A DNA stretch of 36,143 bases from Candidatus Omnitrophota bacterium. Lineage in GTDB: Bacteria > Omnitrophota > Gorgyraeia > Gygaellales > Profunditerraquicolaceae. Below are positions 17,315-27,109 of this stretch, in pieces (within the stretch, counting starts at the first letter, position 1; the number at the start of each line of letters is the position of its first letter). Position numbers and translations under genes: made by a program. Below the pieces are notes generated by a model. It saw only the letters and a program-made list of their open reading frames with translations. It was not told where the DNA came from and did no database searches. The stretch is from NCBI GenBank assembly GCA_028710845.1, contig JAQTTI010000001.1:1-36143 (forward strand). The letters are read 5' to 3'.

Positions 17315-18419
17315 ATGATCGATAAAATTGAAACCGGGCTTAATGATTTAGGGATCAGGATAGAGAACTTAAGAGGTTATCTTTGACGTTATAAAAAAAC
17401 ATGAACGTATAAAAGTTTTATCCGTTCAGATGTCGGCCGAAGGTTTTTGGGATAAGGCCGAGGAATCAAGAAAAATAGTCAAAGAGCTAAAAAACTTAAA
17501 AAGTGTAGTTGAGCCCTGGAATGATGCCGATAAAAAATACCAGGAGCTTAAAGAACTGCTCCCCCTTTTAAAAGAAGAAGACCAGGAGCTGCTCTCGGAT
17601 TTGACTTTGAATATTAAATCCCTGTCAGCAATTGTAGATAAGTTGGAATTAGCAGTGCTCTTGGGCGGCCCGCTTGATAAGAACAGCGCTATCCTTAGCA
17701 TTAATGCCGGGGCAGGCGGGACAGAGTCCTGTGATTGGGCCGGGATGCTTTTTCGGATGTATACCCGTTTTGCCCAAAACCGGGGTTATAGCGTAAAAAC
17801 GATCGATCTTTTGGATGGGGAAGAAGCCGGAATTAAAAATGTTACTATTTTAATTGAAGGCCCTTATGCCTTTGGTTATTTGAAAACAGAACGCGGGGTG
17901 CACCGTTTAGTCCGTATCTCTCCCTTTGATGCCAATAAGCGCCGGCACACTTCTTTTGCTTCGGTGGATGTTATCGCCGAAATAGAAGAGGACCTGGATA
18001 TAAATATCGATGAAAAAGACTTAAGGATAGATGTTTACCGCTCTAAAGGCGCCGGCGGGCAAAGCGTAAACACCACCGATTCGGCGGTAAGGATTACCCA
18101 TATCCCGACGGGAATCGTCGCCCAGTGCCAGAATGAACGCTCTCAATTCCAAAACAAGCAAACCGCTTTAAAAATATTAAAAGCCCGCCTTTATGAGGCG
18201 GAGTTGGAAAAAAAAGAGGAAGAAGTAAGGCAGCAGGATAAAGAAAAGAAAAAAATTGAATGGGGCAGCCAGATCCGTTCTTATGTTTTGCATCCGTATA
18301 ATATGGTGAAAGACCACCGCACTGATTTTGAAACCGGCGATACCCAAAAAGTATTAGGCGGAGGACTGGACGAATTCATCGAAGCTTTCTTGAAATTCAG
18401 CGCGAAAAATTTAACTTAA
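17315..18419 (+). CDS. prfB: Peptide chain release factor 2, requires programmed +1 frameshift at 17381-17387
   Basis: ORF0 is ATG 17315 ... CTT TGA (17381-17386) encoding MIDKIETGLNDLGIRIENLRGYL. The +1 frame continues DVIKKHERIKVLSVQMSAEGFWD... into the tracked ORF 17430-18419. SPF (RISPFD) and GGQ (GAGGQSVNT) motifs are present. RBS AAGGAG at 17304-17309. Confidence 0.93.
17372..17387 (+). promoter_or_regulatory. RF2 autoregulatory +1 frameshift signal (internal SD-like AGAGG, then CTT TGA C)
   Basis: AGAGG-TTAT-CTT-TGA-C parallels the E. coli AGGGGG-TAT-CTT-TGA-C site. Confidence 0.9.
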
Positions 18420-18440
18420 AAATTAAGATAAGGATAGTTA

Positions 18441-21362
18441 ATGTTAGGAGCAATCAAAAAAATAATACTTAATAGCAAGCAGGGTCAGATAAGGAAAAGA
18501 TTCCCCAGCTTGAATATTAATCTGCATTCTGAAATGCCCAGTCCCTCGATGAATAAAATGGTGGAATTGGCTTGGCTGGTCGATAAAGTTAATTCATTCG
18601 AGCCCAAGATAAGCAAGCTTAACGACAGGGAGCTGGCCTTAAAAACAGTGGATTTTAGAAATCATTTAAAAATTAAATCCGAGCAGGTGGCAGGCGAACT
18701 TGGACAGTTACAGCAAGCGATGTCAAATGTTGCCATGCCCGAGGAAAAGGAAAAGTTAAAAGAAAAATTAAAGTTTAGCCGCAATAAAATCTTTACCGAT
18801 ATACTTCCCGAAGCTTTTGCGGTTGTAAGAGAGGCATCTAAGCGTACGACCGGCCTCAGGCATTTTGACGTCCAGATTGCCGGCGGGATCATCCTTCATG
18901 AAGGCCGGATTGCCGAAATGTCAACCGGAGAAGGAAAAACTTTGGTTGCAACTTTAGCAGCCTACCTGAATGCTTTATTAGGCAAAGGTGTGCACATAGT
19001 CACGGTAAATGATTATTTGGCCAGGCGCGACCGCGACTGGATGGGCCCGATTTACGAATTCTTAGGCTTAACTGTTGGCACTATCCAGCACGATATGAGC
19101 GATGAACAAAGAAAGATTGCCTATGCCTGCGACATAACTTACGGCACCAATAATGAATTCGGATTTGACTATTTGCGTGACAATATGAAGTATTCCACAG
19201 AAGACCTGGTCCAAAGGCCTTTTTATTTTGCAATTGTCGATGAAGTTGACTCGATATTAATCGATGAGGCGCGCACCCCTTTGATTATTTCAGGGCCGGC
19301 CGAAGAATCTACCGAGAAATATTATATTGCCAAAAAGATAGCTGAGCAATTGTCGGGGCGAAGGGTGACTCAGCATGACGAGATTGACGCAAAATATAAA
19401 GGAATAGATTTAGGCGCAGGTTTTGATTATGTGGCCGATGAAAAAGCCCAAACCGTAGCTTTAACCGAAACGGGAGAGCAGAAGGCCTCTAAGCTCTGGA
19501 ACGTTGATACCCTGCATTCTTTAGAGACAATCGAATACAGGCATCATACAATTTCTGCTTTACGGGCCAAAGAATTTTTCGAACGTGATGTTGAATATGT
19601 AGTTAAAGACGGGCAGGTGATTATCGTCGATGAATTTACCGGAAGGCTTATGCCGGGCAGGCGCTGGTCAGATGGATTGCACCAGGCTGTTGAGGCCAAG
19701 GAAGGTCTTAAGATCGAACGGGAAAACCAAACCCTGGCAACTATAACCTTTCAGAATTATTTCCGGATGTATGAAAAGTTAGGAGGAATGACCGGTACTG
19801 CTTTTACCGAAGCCAATGAATTTAAAAGCATTTACCAGCTTGATGTTGTAGTTTTACCGACTAACAAGCCTTTAGTGCGTAAAAATTATTCCGACCGGAT
19901 TTATAAAACCGAAGAAGAAAAATTCGCCGCCGTGGTTGAAGAAATCGCCGAATTAAACAGCGCGGGCACTCCGGTATTGGTAGGAACGATTACTATCGAT
20001 AAGTCGGAAAGACTTTCCCGGATGCTGACCAGCCGCGGGATTACCCACCAGGTATTAAATGCTAAATACCATGAAATGGAAGCAACCATTATCGCCCAGG
20101 CAGGCAGGTATAAGGCGGTAACTATCGCGACCAACATGGCCGGCCGTGGTACAGACATACTTTTAGGCGGCAACCCCGAATTTATCGCCAAAAGCGTGGC
20201 CAAGGAAAAGTTAGATCCGGAAGACCAAGATTACAAAAGCCAATATCAGGCTCTATTAGAACGTTATAAAACGGAGGCTTCCTCTGAGCATAATAAGGTG
20301 GTTGAGGTAGGGGGCTTGCATGTACTAGGCACCGAACGCCATGAAGCCCGGCGTATTGATAACCAGCTTAGAGGCAGAAGCGGCCGTCAGGGAGACCCCG
20401 GTTCAAGCCGTTTTTACGTTTCCTTAAAAGACGACCTTATGCGTTTGTTCGGTTCAGAGAAGATGATCGGAATAATGGATAAATTGGGCTTAGAAGAAGG
20501 CCAGGTTATTGAACATCCCTGGGTAAGCGGCTCCATTGAGATTGCCCAGCGCCGCGTGGAACAGCATAATTTCGAGATCAGAAAACAGCTGTTGGAATAT
20601 GATAATGTTATGAACAAGCAAAGGGAGATTATCTACGGCCAGCGCCGCCAAATTTTAGAAGGATTTTCCTTAAAAGAGAATATCATCGGTATTATTTCAA
20701 AATTAATCGATGATTATTTAAAAATTTACATCAACCATGACTCTTCTGAAACCGATACTGCCGGCCTGATTAATTTTATAAATTTGAATTTCGGTGTTGA
20801 GTTTGATGCAGCTAAATTTACCGGGTTGGGTTCCGAAGAGCTTAAAGAAAAAATAAAAGAAGGATTGCTTGGGGCCTATGGCGATAAAGAAGAGCTTATA
20901 AGCCGGGATATACTGCGCAATTTAGAGCGGATGGTATTTTTACAAATTATTGACAGTAAGTGGAAAGACCATCTTTACGCCATGGACAGCCTTAGGGAAG
21001 GTATCGGCCTAAGGGCCTACGGGCAAAGAGACCCTTTGATTGAATATAAGCGGGAAGCCTTCGAGATGTTTGGCCAAATGATTACTGCCATCGAAGAAGA
21101 TGCGGTGCATACCGTTTTTAAATTACAACCGGCTAAACCGGACAGGTTCCAGGGGGTATTTAGTTCATTACCCAAAGAACTTTCGCATCCTGAGGCAGAT
21201 CAGTTTAAAGCTCCGGCCTCAGATATTTCAGAACCAGAGAATATCGGTTTTGAAAAAACAAAGGCTTTACCCGTTAAATCATCCGGCCAGCCTAAAGTGG
21301 GTAGAAATGACCTCTGCCCATGCGGCTCAGGAAAAAAATATAAAAAATGTTGCGGAAAATGA
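18441..21362 (+). CDS. secA: Preprotein translocase ATPase SecA
   Basis: 973 aa. [13 protein letters not shown] Walker [30 protein letters not shown], and C-terminal zinc motif [14 protein letters not shown]. Confidence 0.97.
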   Translation: MLGAIKKIILNSKQGQIRKRFPSLNINLHSEMPSPSMNKMVELAWLVDKVNSFEPKISKLNDRELALKTVDFRNHLKIKSEQVAGELGQLQQAMSNVAMPEEKEKLKEKLKFSRNKIFTDILPEAFAVVREASKRTTGLRHFDVQIAGGIILHEGRIAEMSTGEGKTLVATLAAYLNALLGKGVHIVTVNDYLARRDRDWMGPIYEFLGLTVGTIQHDMSDEQRKIAYACDITYGTNNEFGFDYLRDNMKYSTEDLVQRPFYFAIVDEVDSILIDEARTPLIISGPAEESTEKYYIAKKIAEQLSGRRVTQHDEIDAKYKGIDLGAGFDYVADEKAQTVALTETGEQKASKLWNVDTLHSLETIEYRHHTISALRAKEFFERDVEYVVKDGQVIIVDEFTGRLMPGRRWSDGLHQAVEAKEGLKIERENQTLATITFQNYFRMYEKLGGMTGTAFTEANEFKSIYQLDVVVLPTNKPLVRKNYSDRIYKTEEEKFAAVVEEIAELNSAGTPVLVGTITIDKSERLSRMLTSRGITHQVLNAKYHEMEATIIAQAGRYKAVTIATNMAGRGTDILLGGNPEFIAKSVAKEKLDPEDQDYKSQYQALLERYKTEASSEHNKVVEVGGLHVLGTERHEARRIDNQLRGRSGRQGDPGSSRFYVSLKDDLMRLFGSEKMIGIMDKLGLEEGQVIEHPWVSGSIEIAQRRVEQHNFEIRKQLLEYDNVMNKQREIIYGQRRQILEGFSLKENIIGIISKLIDDYLKIYINHDSSETDTAGLINFINLNFGVEFDAAKFTGLGSEELKEKIKEGLLGAYGDKEELISRDILRNLERMVFLQIIDSKWKDHLYAMDSLREGIGLRAYGQRDPLIEYKREAFEMFGQMITAIEEDAVHTVFKLQPAKPDRFQGVFSSLPKELSHPEADQFKAPASDISEPENIGFEKTKALPVKSSGQPKVGRNDLCPCGSGKKYKKCCGK

Positions 21363-22822
21363 TTTCCTTCGCCCTATCTTCCATAGCTGCCATTCTGTTA
21401 TCTCTTTCATTTTCAAGTTTTAATCTTTGGCAATTTGCCTGGTTTGGATTTATCCCGCTTTTTATAGCCCTGGAAAATAAAACCTTGCGCCAGTCATTAT
21501 TAATCGCCTATATTTGCGGGATTATTTTCTGGTCGTTTACAATTTACTGGCTGGTTCATGTCACCCTTTTAGGCCAGATCATCCTTATCCTGTATCTGTC
21601 TTTATATTTTGCTGCCTTTGGTTTATGCTTAACATTAGCCAGGCGCGCCTCGGCTAACGGGGTTCTTTTGATCCCCTGTTTCTGGGTTTTGTTCGAATAT
21701 ATCCGTAGCCACCTATTCACCGGTTTTCCCTGGGCGCTGGCGGCCTTTTCGCAATACAAAAATTTGCCGGTCATCCAGATTGCCGATATTACAGGGGCCT
21801 GGGGAGTTTCTTTTCTCGTCCTTCTGGTTAATGTCCTGATCTATGCGGTTATCCGCAGGTCTTTAAAGCCGAAGGTAATTCTGGTTTTTACGGCGGTTTT
21901 CTTTTTATCACTGGTATATGGATTTTACAAATTAAATTATAATTCTAAGGATCAGGCAGGCAGCCAGCCGTTTAAAATTTCCGTAATCGGAGGCAATATT
22001 GCCCAAGACATTAAATGGAATAAACAGGCAGTTGAATTTATCCAAAAAAATTATGAAGAGTTGACGGCTAAAGCTGCCCTGGATTCTCCGGATTTAATTA
22101 TCTGGCCGGAAGCATCAGTGCCGGCTCTTTGGGGAGAAGATGAAGCTGAATTTAAGCGGCTTTATTCTTTTGTCCGTTCGCTAAAAGTCGACTTATTGGT
22201 CGGCGCAGTTTCGCATTACGGCGGTAAATATTATAACAGCGCTCTGTTTATCAATAAAGCCGGTGTTCCCCAGATAATGTATAATAAATTGCATTTGGTT
22301 CCTTTCGGGGAATTTGTCCCGCTTAAGAATGTTTTTCGTTTTCTAGAAGCAATAGCGCCTATAGGCGATATTACGCCGGGTAAAAAATATACAATATTCG
22401 AAAAGCCTGCTCCTTTCGGAGTTTTAATCTGTTTCGAAGACCTTTTCCCTGAATTAAGCCGGCAGTTTGTAAAAAAGGGAGCTAAGTTTTTAGTCAATAT
22501 TACCAATGATGCCTGGTATAAACAAACCAGCGCCGCCCACCAGCATTTGGCTGCCTCGGTTTTTAGGGCGGTTGAGAATCGTGTTAATCTTGCCCGTTCG
22601 GCTAACACGGGAGTTTCGGGGTTCATCGATCCCGTCGGCAGGCTGGCCCTGATCCGCGGCGAAGCAGGCCAGGAAATATTTATAAAAGGTTATAACACAC
22701 GGAATATTTATCTGGGCCAGAACCAGCCGACTTTTTATAACCATTTCGGCGATTTTTTTGTTTTTATCTGTGCATTCTTCGCAATCCTCGGTTTAATACC
22801 GGCCCTAAAAAATAAAAAATGA
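21347..22822 (+). CDS. lnt: Apolipoprotein N-acyltransferase
   Basis: 491 aa. N-terminal polytopic domain plus CN-hydrolase domain ([21 protein letters not shown]). Alternative start 21359 would give an ATGA overlap with the secA stop. Confidence 0.88.
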   Translation: MLRKMISFALSSIAAILLSLSFSSFNLWQFAWFGFIPLFIALENKTLRQSLLIAYICGIIFWSFTIYWLVHVTLLGQIILILYLSLYFAAFGLCLTLARRASANGVLLIPCFWVLFEYIRSHLFTGFPWALAAFSQYKNLPVIQIADITGAWGVSFLVLLVNVLIYAVIRRSLKPKVILVFTAVFFLSLVYGFYKLNYNSKDQAGSQPFKISVIGGNIAQDIKWNKQAVEFIQKNYEELTAKAALDSPDLIIWPEASVPALWGEDEAEFKRLYSFVRSLKVDLLVGAVSHYGGKYYNSALFINKAGVPQIMYNKLHLVPFGEFVPLKNVFRFLEAIAPIGDITPGKKYTIFEKPAPFGVLICFEDLFPELSRQFVKKGAKFLVNITNDAWYKQTSAAHQHLAASVFRAVENRVNLARSANTGVSGFIDPVGRLALIRGEAGQEIFIKGYNTRNIYLGQNQPTFYNHFGDFFVFICAFFAILGLIPALKNKK

Positions 22823-23304
22823 GAAAAATACTGCTGATTATTTTAATTATATCGTCAGCTTATATATTTTTAGGTATAGCTTCTACAGATAAGCAGTATT
22901 TTACCTGTCCGTTAATATACAAGAATGACGTTATTATCCGTAATGATTCGGGAGGAGACGGTTTATTTGCCGCCAACAGAAACGGCAGGAGGATGCATAA
23001 AGGTATTGACCTGCTGGCGGCTAAGGGTACCCCCGTATTAGCGGCCAAAAGCGGCAAGGTGATCTGCGCAACCCAAAACCGCGGTATGGGTAAATATATA
23101 ATTATCCGGCATAGCGATAATATTATCACCATTTACGGGCATTTATCGGAAATTCTGGTACGAAAAGATGATTATCTCAGGCAGGGCCAGGTCATTGGAA
23201 AAGTAGGCAGGACCGGCAATGCCGGCAATCGCAATATAATGAGCCACCTTCATTTCGAAATCAGGCATAACGGCGTCCCTCAGGACCCGCTCGGGTATAT
23301 CTAA
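22819..23304 (+). CDS. M23-family metallopeptidase
   Basis: 161 aa. HKGIDL, ...IYGHLS..., and SHLHFEI zinc-ligand motifs. ATGA overlap with lnt. Confidence 0.85.
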   Translation: MRKILLIILIISSAYIFLGIASTDKQYFTCPLIYKNDVIIRNDSGGDGLFAANRNGRRMHKGIDLLAAKGTPVLAAKSGKVICATQNRGMGKYIIIRHSDNIITIYGHLSEILVRKDDYLRQGQVIGKVGRTGNAGNRNIMSHLHFEIRHNGVPQDPLGYI

Positions 23305-23337
23305 TTTTTTCTCGACTAAAAATTATAAAATGATAAA

Positions 23338-24747
23338 ATGGTAACTATGTATAAAAGTAAATTCGCGGTTTTTTTATTTTCTTTATTGCTCTGCGGGTGC
23401 ATAAGCACGGAGAAAAAAGAAATAATCTACTGTCCGACTACGCCATTCGAGCAGTTTAAAGAAGGCCAGAAGATCTTGATCTTGGCGCCGCACCCTGACG
23501 ACGAAGCCATTGCCTGCGCAGGTATTATTCAGCAGGCCCTTAAGGCAAAAGCCAGGGTGAAAGTGGTCTATTTAACCAACGGCGACCACAATGAGTTAGC
23601 TTTTATTGTCTACGAAAAAAGGCTGACTGTCCGGCGGGGGGAGTTTATCCACATGGGTGAGGTCCGCCGCAAAGAATCGATCCAGGCAATGAAATTTTTA
23701 GGTTTATCCGAAGATGACCTGGTTTTTTTAGGCTATCCCGATTATGGCACCTTTGAAATATTCTGCAAATATTGGCAGACTAAAATTCCTTTTCGGGATC
23801 GCCTCACCCGGATATCCAGCGTGCCATATAAAGAAAACCCATCTTATCAGGCGCCCTATTACGGGGAAAGCATATTAAAGGATTTAACTAATCAGCTTTT
23901 AGATTATAAGCCCGATGCGATCTTTGTATCGCATCCCGCAGATGTAAACGTAGATCATAAGAGCCTGTATTTATTTCTCCAGGTGGCCTTAAGCGACCTG
24001 GGCGGAATAATACCCGGTCCAAAAGTTTATCCTTATCTGGTCCATGTCGTCGGCTGGCCCAAACCCAGGCATTACCATCCGGAGATGGAGCTGCATCCTC
24101 CCGACAAATTTTTAAATTCTAAAATAGAATGGCTGCGTTTTAATCTGGATTTCGAACAGCTGGGGAAAAAATACAGGTCGCTGTTTTTCTACAAGAGCCA
24201 GACAGAGTCGAGCGCTTTTTATCTTTTTTCATTTGCCAGGGAAAATGAACTTTTCGGCGATTATCCGGTTTTAAAACTTGCTCCCCAAAGTTTACAGGAT
24301 AAAATTATTTCTTATTTCGGCGCTCAGGAAATGTTTAAGGAGACCGAGCATCCCCAGGAATTCAATGAATTTGAAGTAGTTGAGGAAAATGGTTCGGTAA
24401 GTTACGCTTTACTTGAAAACTATTTTTTAGTCCGGGTAGATAAGCCTAAAAAATTAAGCAGCCGGTTCGGAACCTTACTTTATATTTTCGGATATTCCAA
24501 AGATAAGCCTTTTGCTCAAATGCCAAAGATCCGCATATATACCAAGGGAAAGAAAATATGGGTATTTAACTTAAAAACCAGGGTCGTAGACCACGGGGTT
24601 ATTCTGGAGATCGGCCATAATTACCTTAGTTTAAAGATTCCGCTTAAGCTTTTAGGCGGCCCGGATTATCTGCTTACTTCCTTAAAATCGTATCATGACC
24701 GTTTACCCATCGATATTGTTGGTTTTAGAAAGATAGAAGTAAAGTAG
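23338..24747 (+). CDS. Lipoprotein with PIG-L/LmbE-family deacetylase domain plus about 200-aa uncharacterised C-terminal region
   Basis: 469 aa. Lipobox LLLCGC, ILILAPHPDDEAIACAG (PIG-L zinc motif), HPADVNVDH. The true start may be ATG 23347. Confidence 0.65.
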   Translation: MVTMYKSKFAVFLFSLLLCGCISTEKKEIIYCPTTPFEQFKEGQKILILAPHPDDEAIACAGIIQQALKAKARVKVVYLTNGDHNELAFIVYEKRLTVRRGEFIHMGEVRRKESIQAMKFLGLSEDDLVFLGYPDYGTFEIFCKYWQTKIPFRDRLTRISSVPYKENPSYQAPYYGESILKDLTNQLLDYKPDAIFVSHPADVNVDHKSLYLFLQVALSDLGGIIPGPKVYPYLVHVVGWPKPRHYHPEMELHPPDKFLNSKIEWLRFNLDFEQLGKKYRSLFFYKSQTESSAFYLFSFARENELFGDYPVLKLAPQSLQDKIISYFGAQEMFKETEHPQEFNEFEVVEENGSVSYALLENYFLVRVDKPKKLSSRFGTLLYIFGYSKDKPFAQMPKIRIYTKGKKIWVFNLKTRVVDHGVILEIGHNYLSLKIPLKLLGGPDYLLTSLKSYHDRLPIDIVGFRKIEVK

Positions 24748-24774
24748 AAAGAAGTAAAAGCTTAAGGAGGCCCA

Positions 24775-25260
24775 ATGTTAGAATTTAAATCTGTAAGAAT
24801 AGATAAACCCGACGACTTAAATTTTATATTAGGTCAGAGCCATTTTATCAAGACAGTAGAGGACCTTTATGAGGTATTGTATGCCAGTGTCCCGGGCATA
24901 AAATTCGGGCTGGCTTTTACCGAGGCTAGCGGTCCCCGTAAAATAAGATGCGAGGGAAACGACCCCCTGCTTAAAGAGTTGGCCTCTAAAAATGCGCTTA
25001 ATCTTTCCTGCGGGCATAGCTTTATTATTTTTATCAAAGAAGCCTATCCGATCAATGTCTTAAATGCCATAAAAAATATTCCTGAGGTCTGCAATATTTT
25101 TTGCGCGACAGCCAATCCTACCGAAGTTATCGTCGCCGAAAGTAAAGACGGCAGAGGGGTGATGGGGGTAATCGACGGTTTGCTTCCTCAGGGCAAAGAA
25201 GAAGCAGCCGATATTTCCTGGCGGAAGGATTTATTAAGAAAAATAGGATATAAACTGTAG
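24775..25260 (+). CDS. Adenosine-specific kinase family protein (PF04008-like)
   Basis: 161 aa. ILGQSHFIKTVEDLYEVL, PGIKFGLAFTEASG, AYPINVLNAIKNIPEVCNIFCATANP and C-terminal RKIGYKL match my recollection of this family. Confidence 0.65.
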   Translation: MLEFKSVRIDKPDDLNFILGQSHFIKTVEDLYEVLYASVPGIKFGLAFTEASGPRKIRCEGNDPLLKELASKNALNLSCGHSFIIFIKEAYPINVLNAIKNIPEVCNIFCATANPTEVIVAESKDGRGVMGVIDGLLPQGKEEAADISWRKDLLRKIGYKL

Positions 25261-25264
25261 GTAT

Positions 25265-26176
25265 ATGGATACCAAAAAAATTCGTAAAACTATTAGCCGT
25301 TTTTTTGCCCGGGTAGGATTAAATATTTGTTCTTTTATGGTAAATATTCTTCCTGAAAAGTTCCTCTGTGGTTTTGCTAAAAACGTAGCGGCCTTGGCTT
25401 TTTTATTTGCCAAAAAACAAAAAACAATAGCCCTAGATAGCCTAAATATAGCTTTTGGCAAAGAGAAGTCTGCTAAAGAGATTGAGAAAATAGCCAAAGA
25501 TTGTTTTACATATATGGCTAAAAGCGCGGTTGAGCTTATGTTTTTCTTCGATCGGCCCCAGGTTTTAAAGTCGAAGGTAGAAATTTCCGGTAAGAATTAT
25601 CTAGACAAAGCTTTAGAAAGCGGCCGGGGGGTAATTCTGGTTAGCGCTCATTTCGGTAATTTTCCGCTTCTTTTAGGGAGGCTGGCCGTAGAGGGGTACA
25701 AGGCAGGCGGAATCATGCGGCCGATGCGCGATGAAAAAGTGGAAAAGATGTTTCTGGAAAAAAGAAAGAAATTCGGAGTTAAGACTATTTACAGCCAGCC
25801 GCGCAATGAATGCGTTAATAATACAATTGCTGCCCTTCGCAATAATGAGCTTATTTTTATACCGATAGACCAGAATTTTGGTACCGGAGGGGTATTTGTG
25901 AATTTTTTCGGCCAGCAAGCCGCCACCGCAACCGGCCCGGTTATCCTGGCCCAGAGGACCCAGGCTGCGATTGTGCCCTGTTTTATTATCAGGCTGCCCA
26001 ATGATAATCATAGGATAATTTTTGAAGCCGAATTGAAATTAGCCGAAGATAAGGATTCGCAGAAAGCCATACTAATAAACATCCAAAGGCTCACTGATAT
26101 TATCGAGTCCTATATACGTAAATACCCTGCGGAATGGGGATGGATTCACCGCAGATGGAAGAGTAAGCCCGGATAA
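25265..26176 (+). CDS. Lipid A biosynthesis (LpxL/HtrB-family) lysophospholipid acyltransferase
   Basis: 303 aa. N-terminal TM, VILVSAHFGNFPLL (HxGNxE-like block), IPIDQN, YPAEWGWIHRRWK C-terminus. Confidence 0.7.
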   Translation: MDTKKIRKTISRFFARVGLNICSFMVNILPEKFLCGFAKNVAALAFLFAKKQKTIALDSLNIAFGKEKSAKEIEKIAKDCFTYMAKSAVELMFFFDRPQVLKSKVEISGKNYLDKALESGRGVILVSAHFGNFPLLLGRLAVEGYKAGGIMRPMRDEKVEKMFLEKRKKFGVKTIYSQPRNECVNNTIAALRNNELIFIPIDQNFGTGGVFVNFFGQQAATATGPVILAQRTQAAIVPCFIIRLPNDNHRIIFEAELKLAEDKDSQKAILINIQRLTDIIESYIRKYPAEWGWIHRRWKSKPG

Positions 26177-26191
26177 GTAGAGGAGGTTATT

Positions 26192-26404
26192 ATGGAAGAA
26201 AAATGTTGCCAGGATAAGCAAGGCAGGTGTTCCGGCGGAATAAATCTTTCGGTGTTTTTTAAATATATTTTAGGTTTATTTTTATTGGTTATAGGCGGCT
26301 GGCTTATTCTAGAATACTGGAACCAGCTGGTTTTGATCTTTCAAGGCAGCATCGGATTGTTTCTGATTGTGTCCGGGGCAATTATTCTGGCCGTAGCAAA
26401 ATAA
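26192..26404 (+). CDS. Small two-TM membrane protein with N-terminal Cys-rich tag (hypothetical)
   Basis: 70 aa. MEEKCCQDKQGRCSGG followed by two hydrophobic helices. RBS GAGGAGG 5 nt upstream. Confidence 0.45.
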   Translation: MEEKCCQDKQGRCSGGINLSVFFKYILGLFLLVIGGWLILEYWNQLVLIFQGSIGLFLIVSGAIILAVAK

Positions 26405-26518
26405 AAACAGCCGGATAAGTAAAAGGTTATTTATTTTTGCTATTATTTTAGAGATTTTACTATATAATATATTAAATTATCTATCAATAAAACATCTTTC
26501 GGTCGGCAAGGAGAAAAT

Positions 26519-27088
26519 ATGGAAACAATCATTAAAAGAGAATTAATTTATGATAAAAAAATTTGCCGGATGCTTAGCGTAGGGGCTTTTATTAGTTTTA
26601 CAGCCCTATCCGCATTTATTCGCATACCTTTACCTTTTACTCCCGTTCCTCTTACATTGCAGACTTTTTTTGTTCTGCTTTCTGGTGCATTGCTGGGCAG
26701 AAAATTAGGTGGTTTTACCCAGATTTCTTATATGCTTTTAGGTCTGACCGGCCTTTCGGTTTTTACAGGAACCGGTACCGGCGCACTTTATCTCTTCGGT
26801 CCCACCGGCGGTTACATTATAGGTTTTATCCTTGCCGCGTTTGTAGCCGGCAGCTTGTTTGAAAAACAGGAAAAAAACCGAATTTCCGTTTTTTTAAAGT
26901 TATTATCCGCTGATTTTGTGCTTCTAGCCTGCGGCACGCTTTGGTTAAAGATAAGCTTGTCCATTCCTTTGAGCCGGGCATTTTTAATCGGATTTCTGCC
27001 GTTTATTTTTGGCGATGCCTTAAAGGCTGCCTTGGCAGCAACTATTTATAATGCGATCCACTCGCGCATCAAAGCAGTTCTTTACTAA
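26519..27088 (+). CDS. bioY: Biotin transporter substrate-binding component BioY
   Basis: 189 aa. IPLPFTPVPLTLQTFFVLLSGALLG and GPTGGYIIGF motifs. RBS AAGGAG. Confidence 0.85.
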   Translation: METIIKRELIYDKKICRMLSVGAFISFTALSAFIRIPLPFTPVPLTLQTFFVLLSGALLGRKLGGFTQISYMLLGLTGLSVFTGTGTGALYLFGPTGGYIIGFILAAFVAGSLFEKQEKNRISVFLKLLSADFVLLACGTLWLKISLSIPLSRAFLIGFLPFIFGDALKAALAATIYNAIHSRIKAVLY

Positions 27089-27109
27089 TATCGGACCTTT
27101 CTTTAATAA

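Noticed and set aside
18441-18650. About 20-aa insertion in the SecA N-terminus ([22 protein letters not shown]) and a possible later start codon
   Set aside because: MLGAIKKII...SK aligns with the canonical SecA N-terminus, so the first ATG is probably right. Lineage-specific SecA insertions are common, so this is not noteworthy on present evidence.
22231-22626. 131-aa minus-strand ORF
   Set aside because: It is antisense to the CN-hydrolase domain of lnt and has no recognisable motifs. Spurious.
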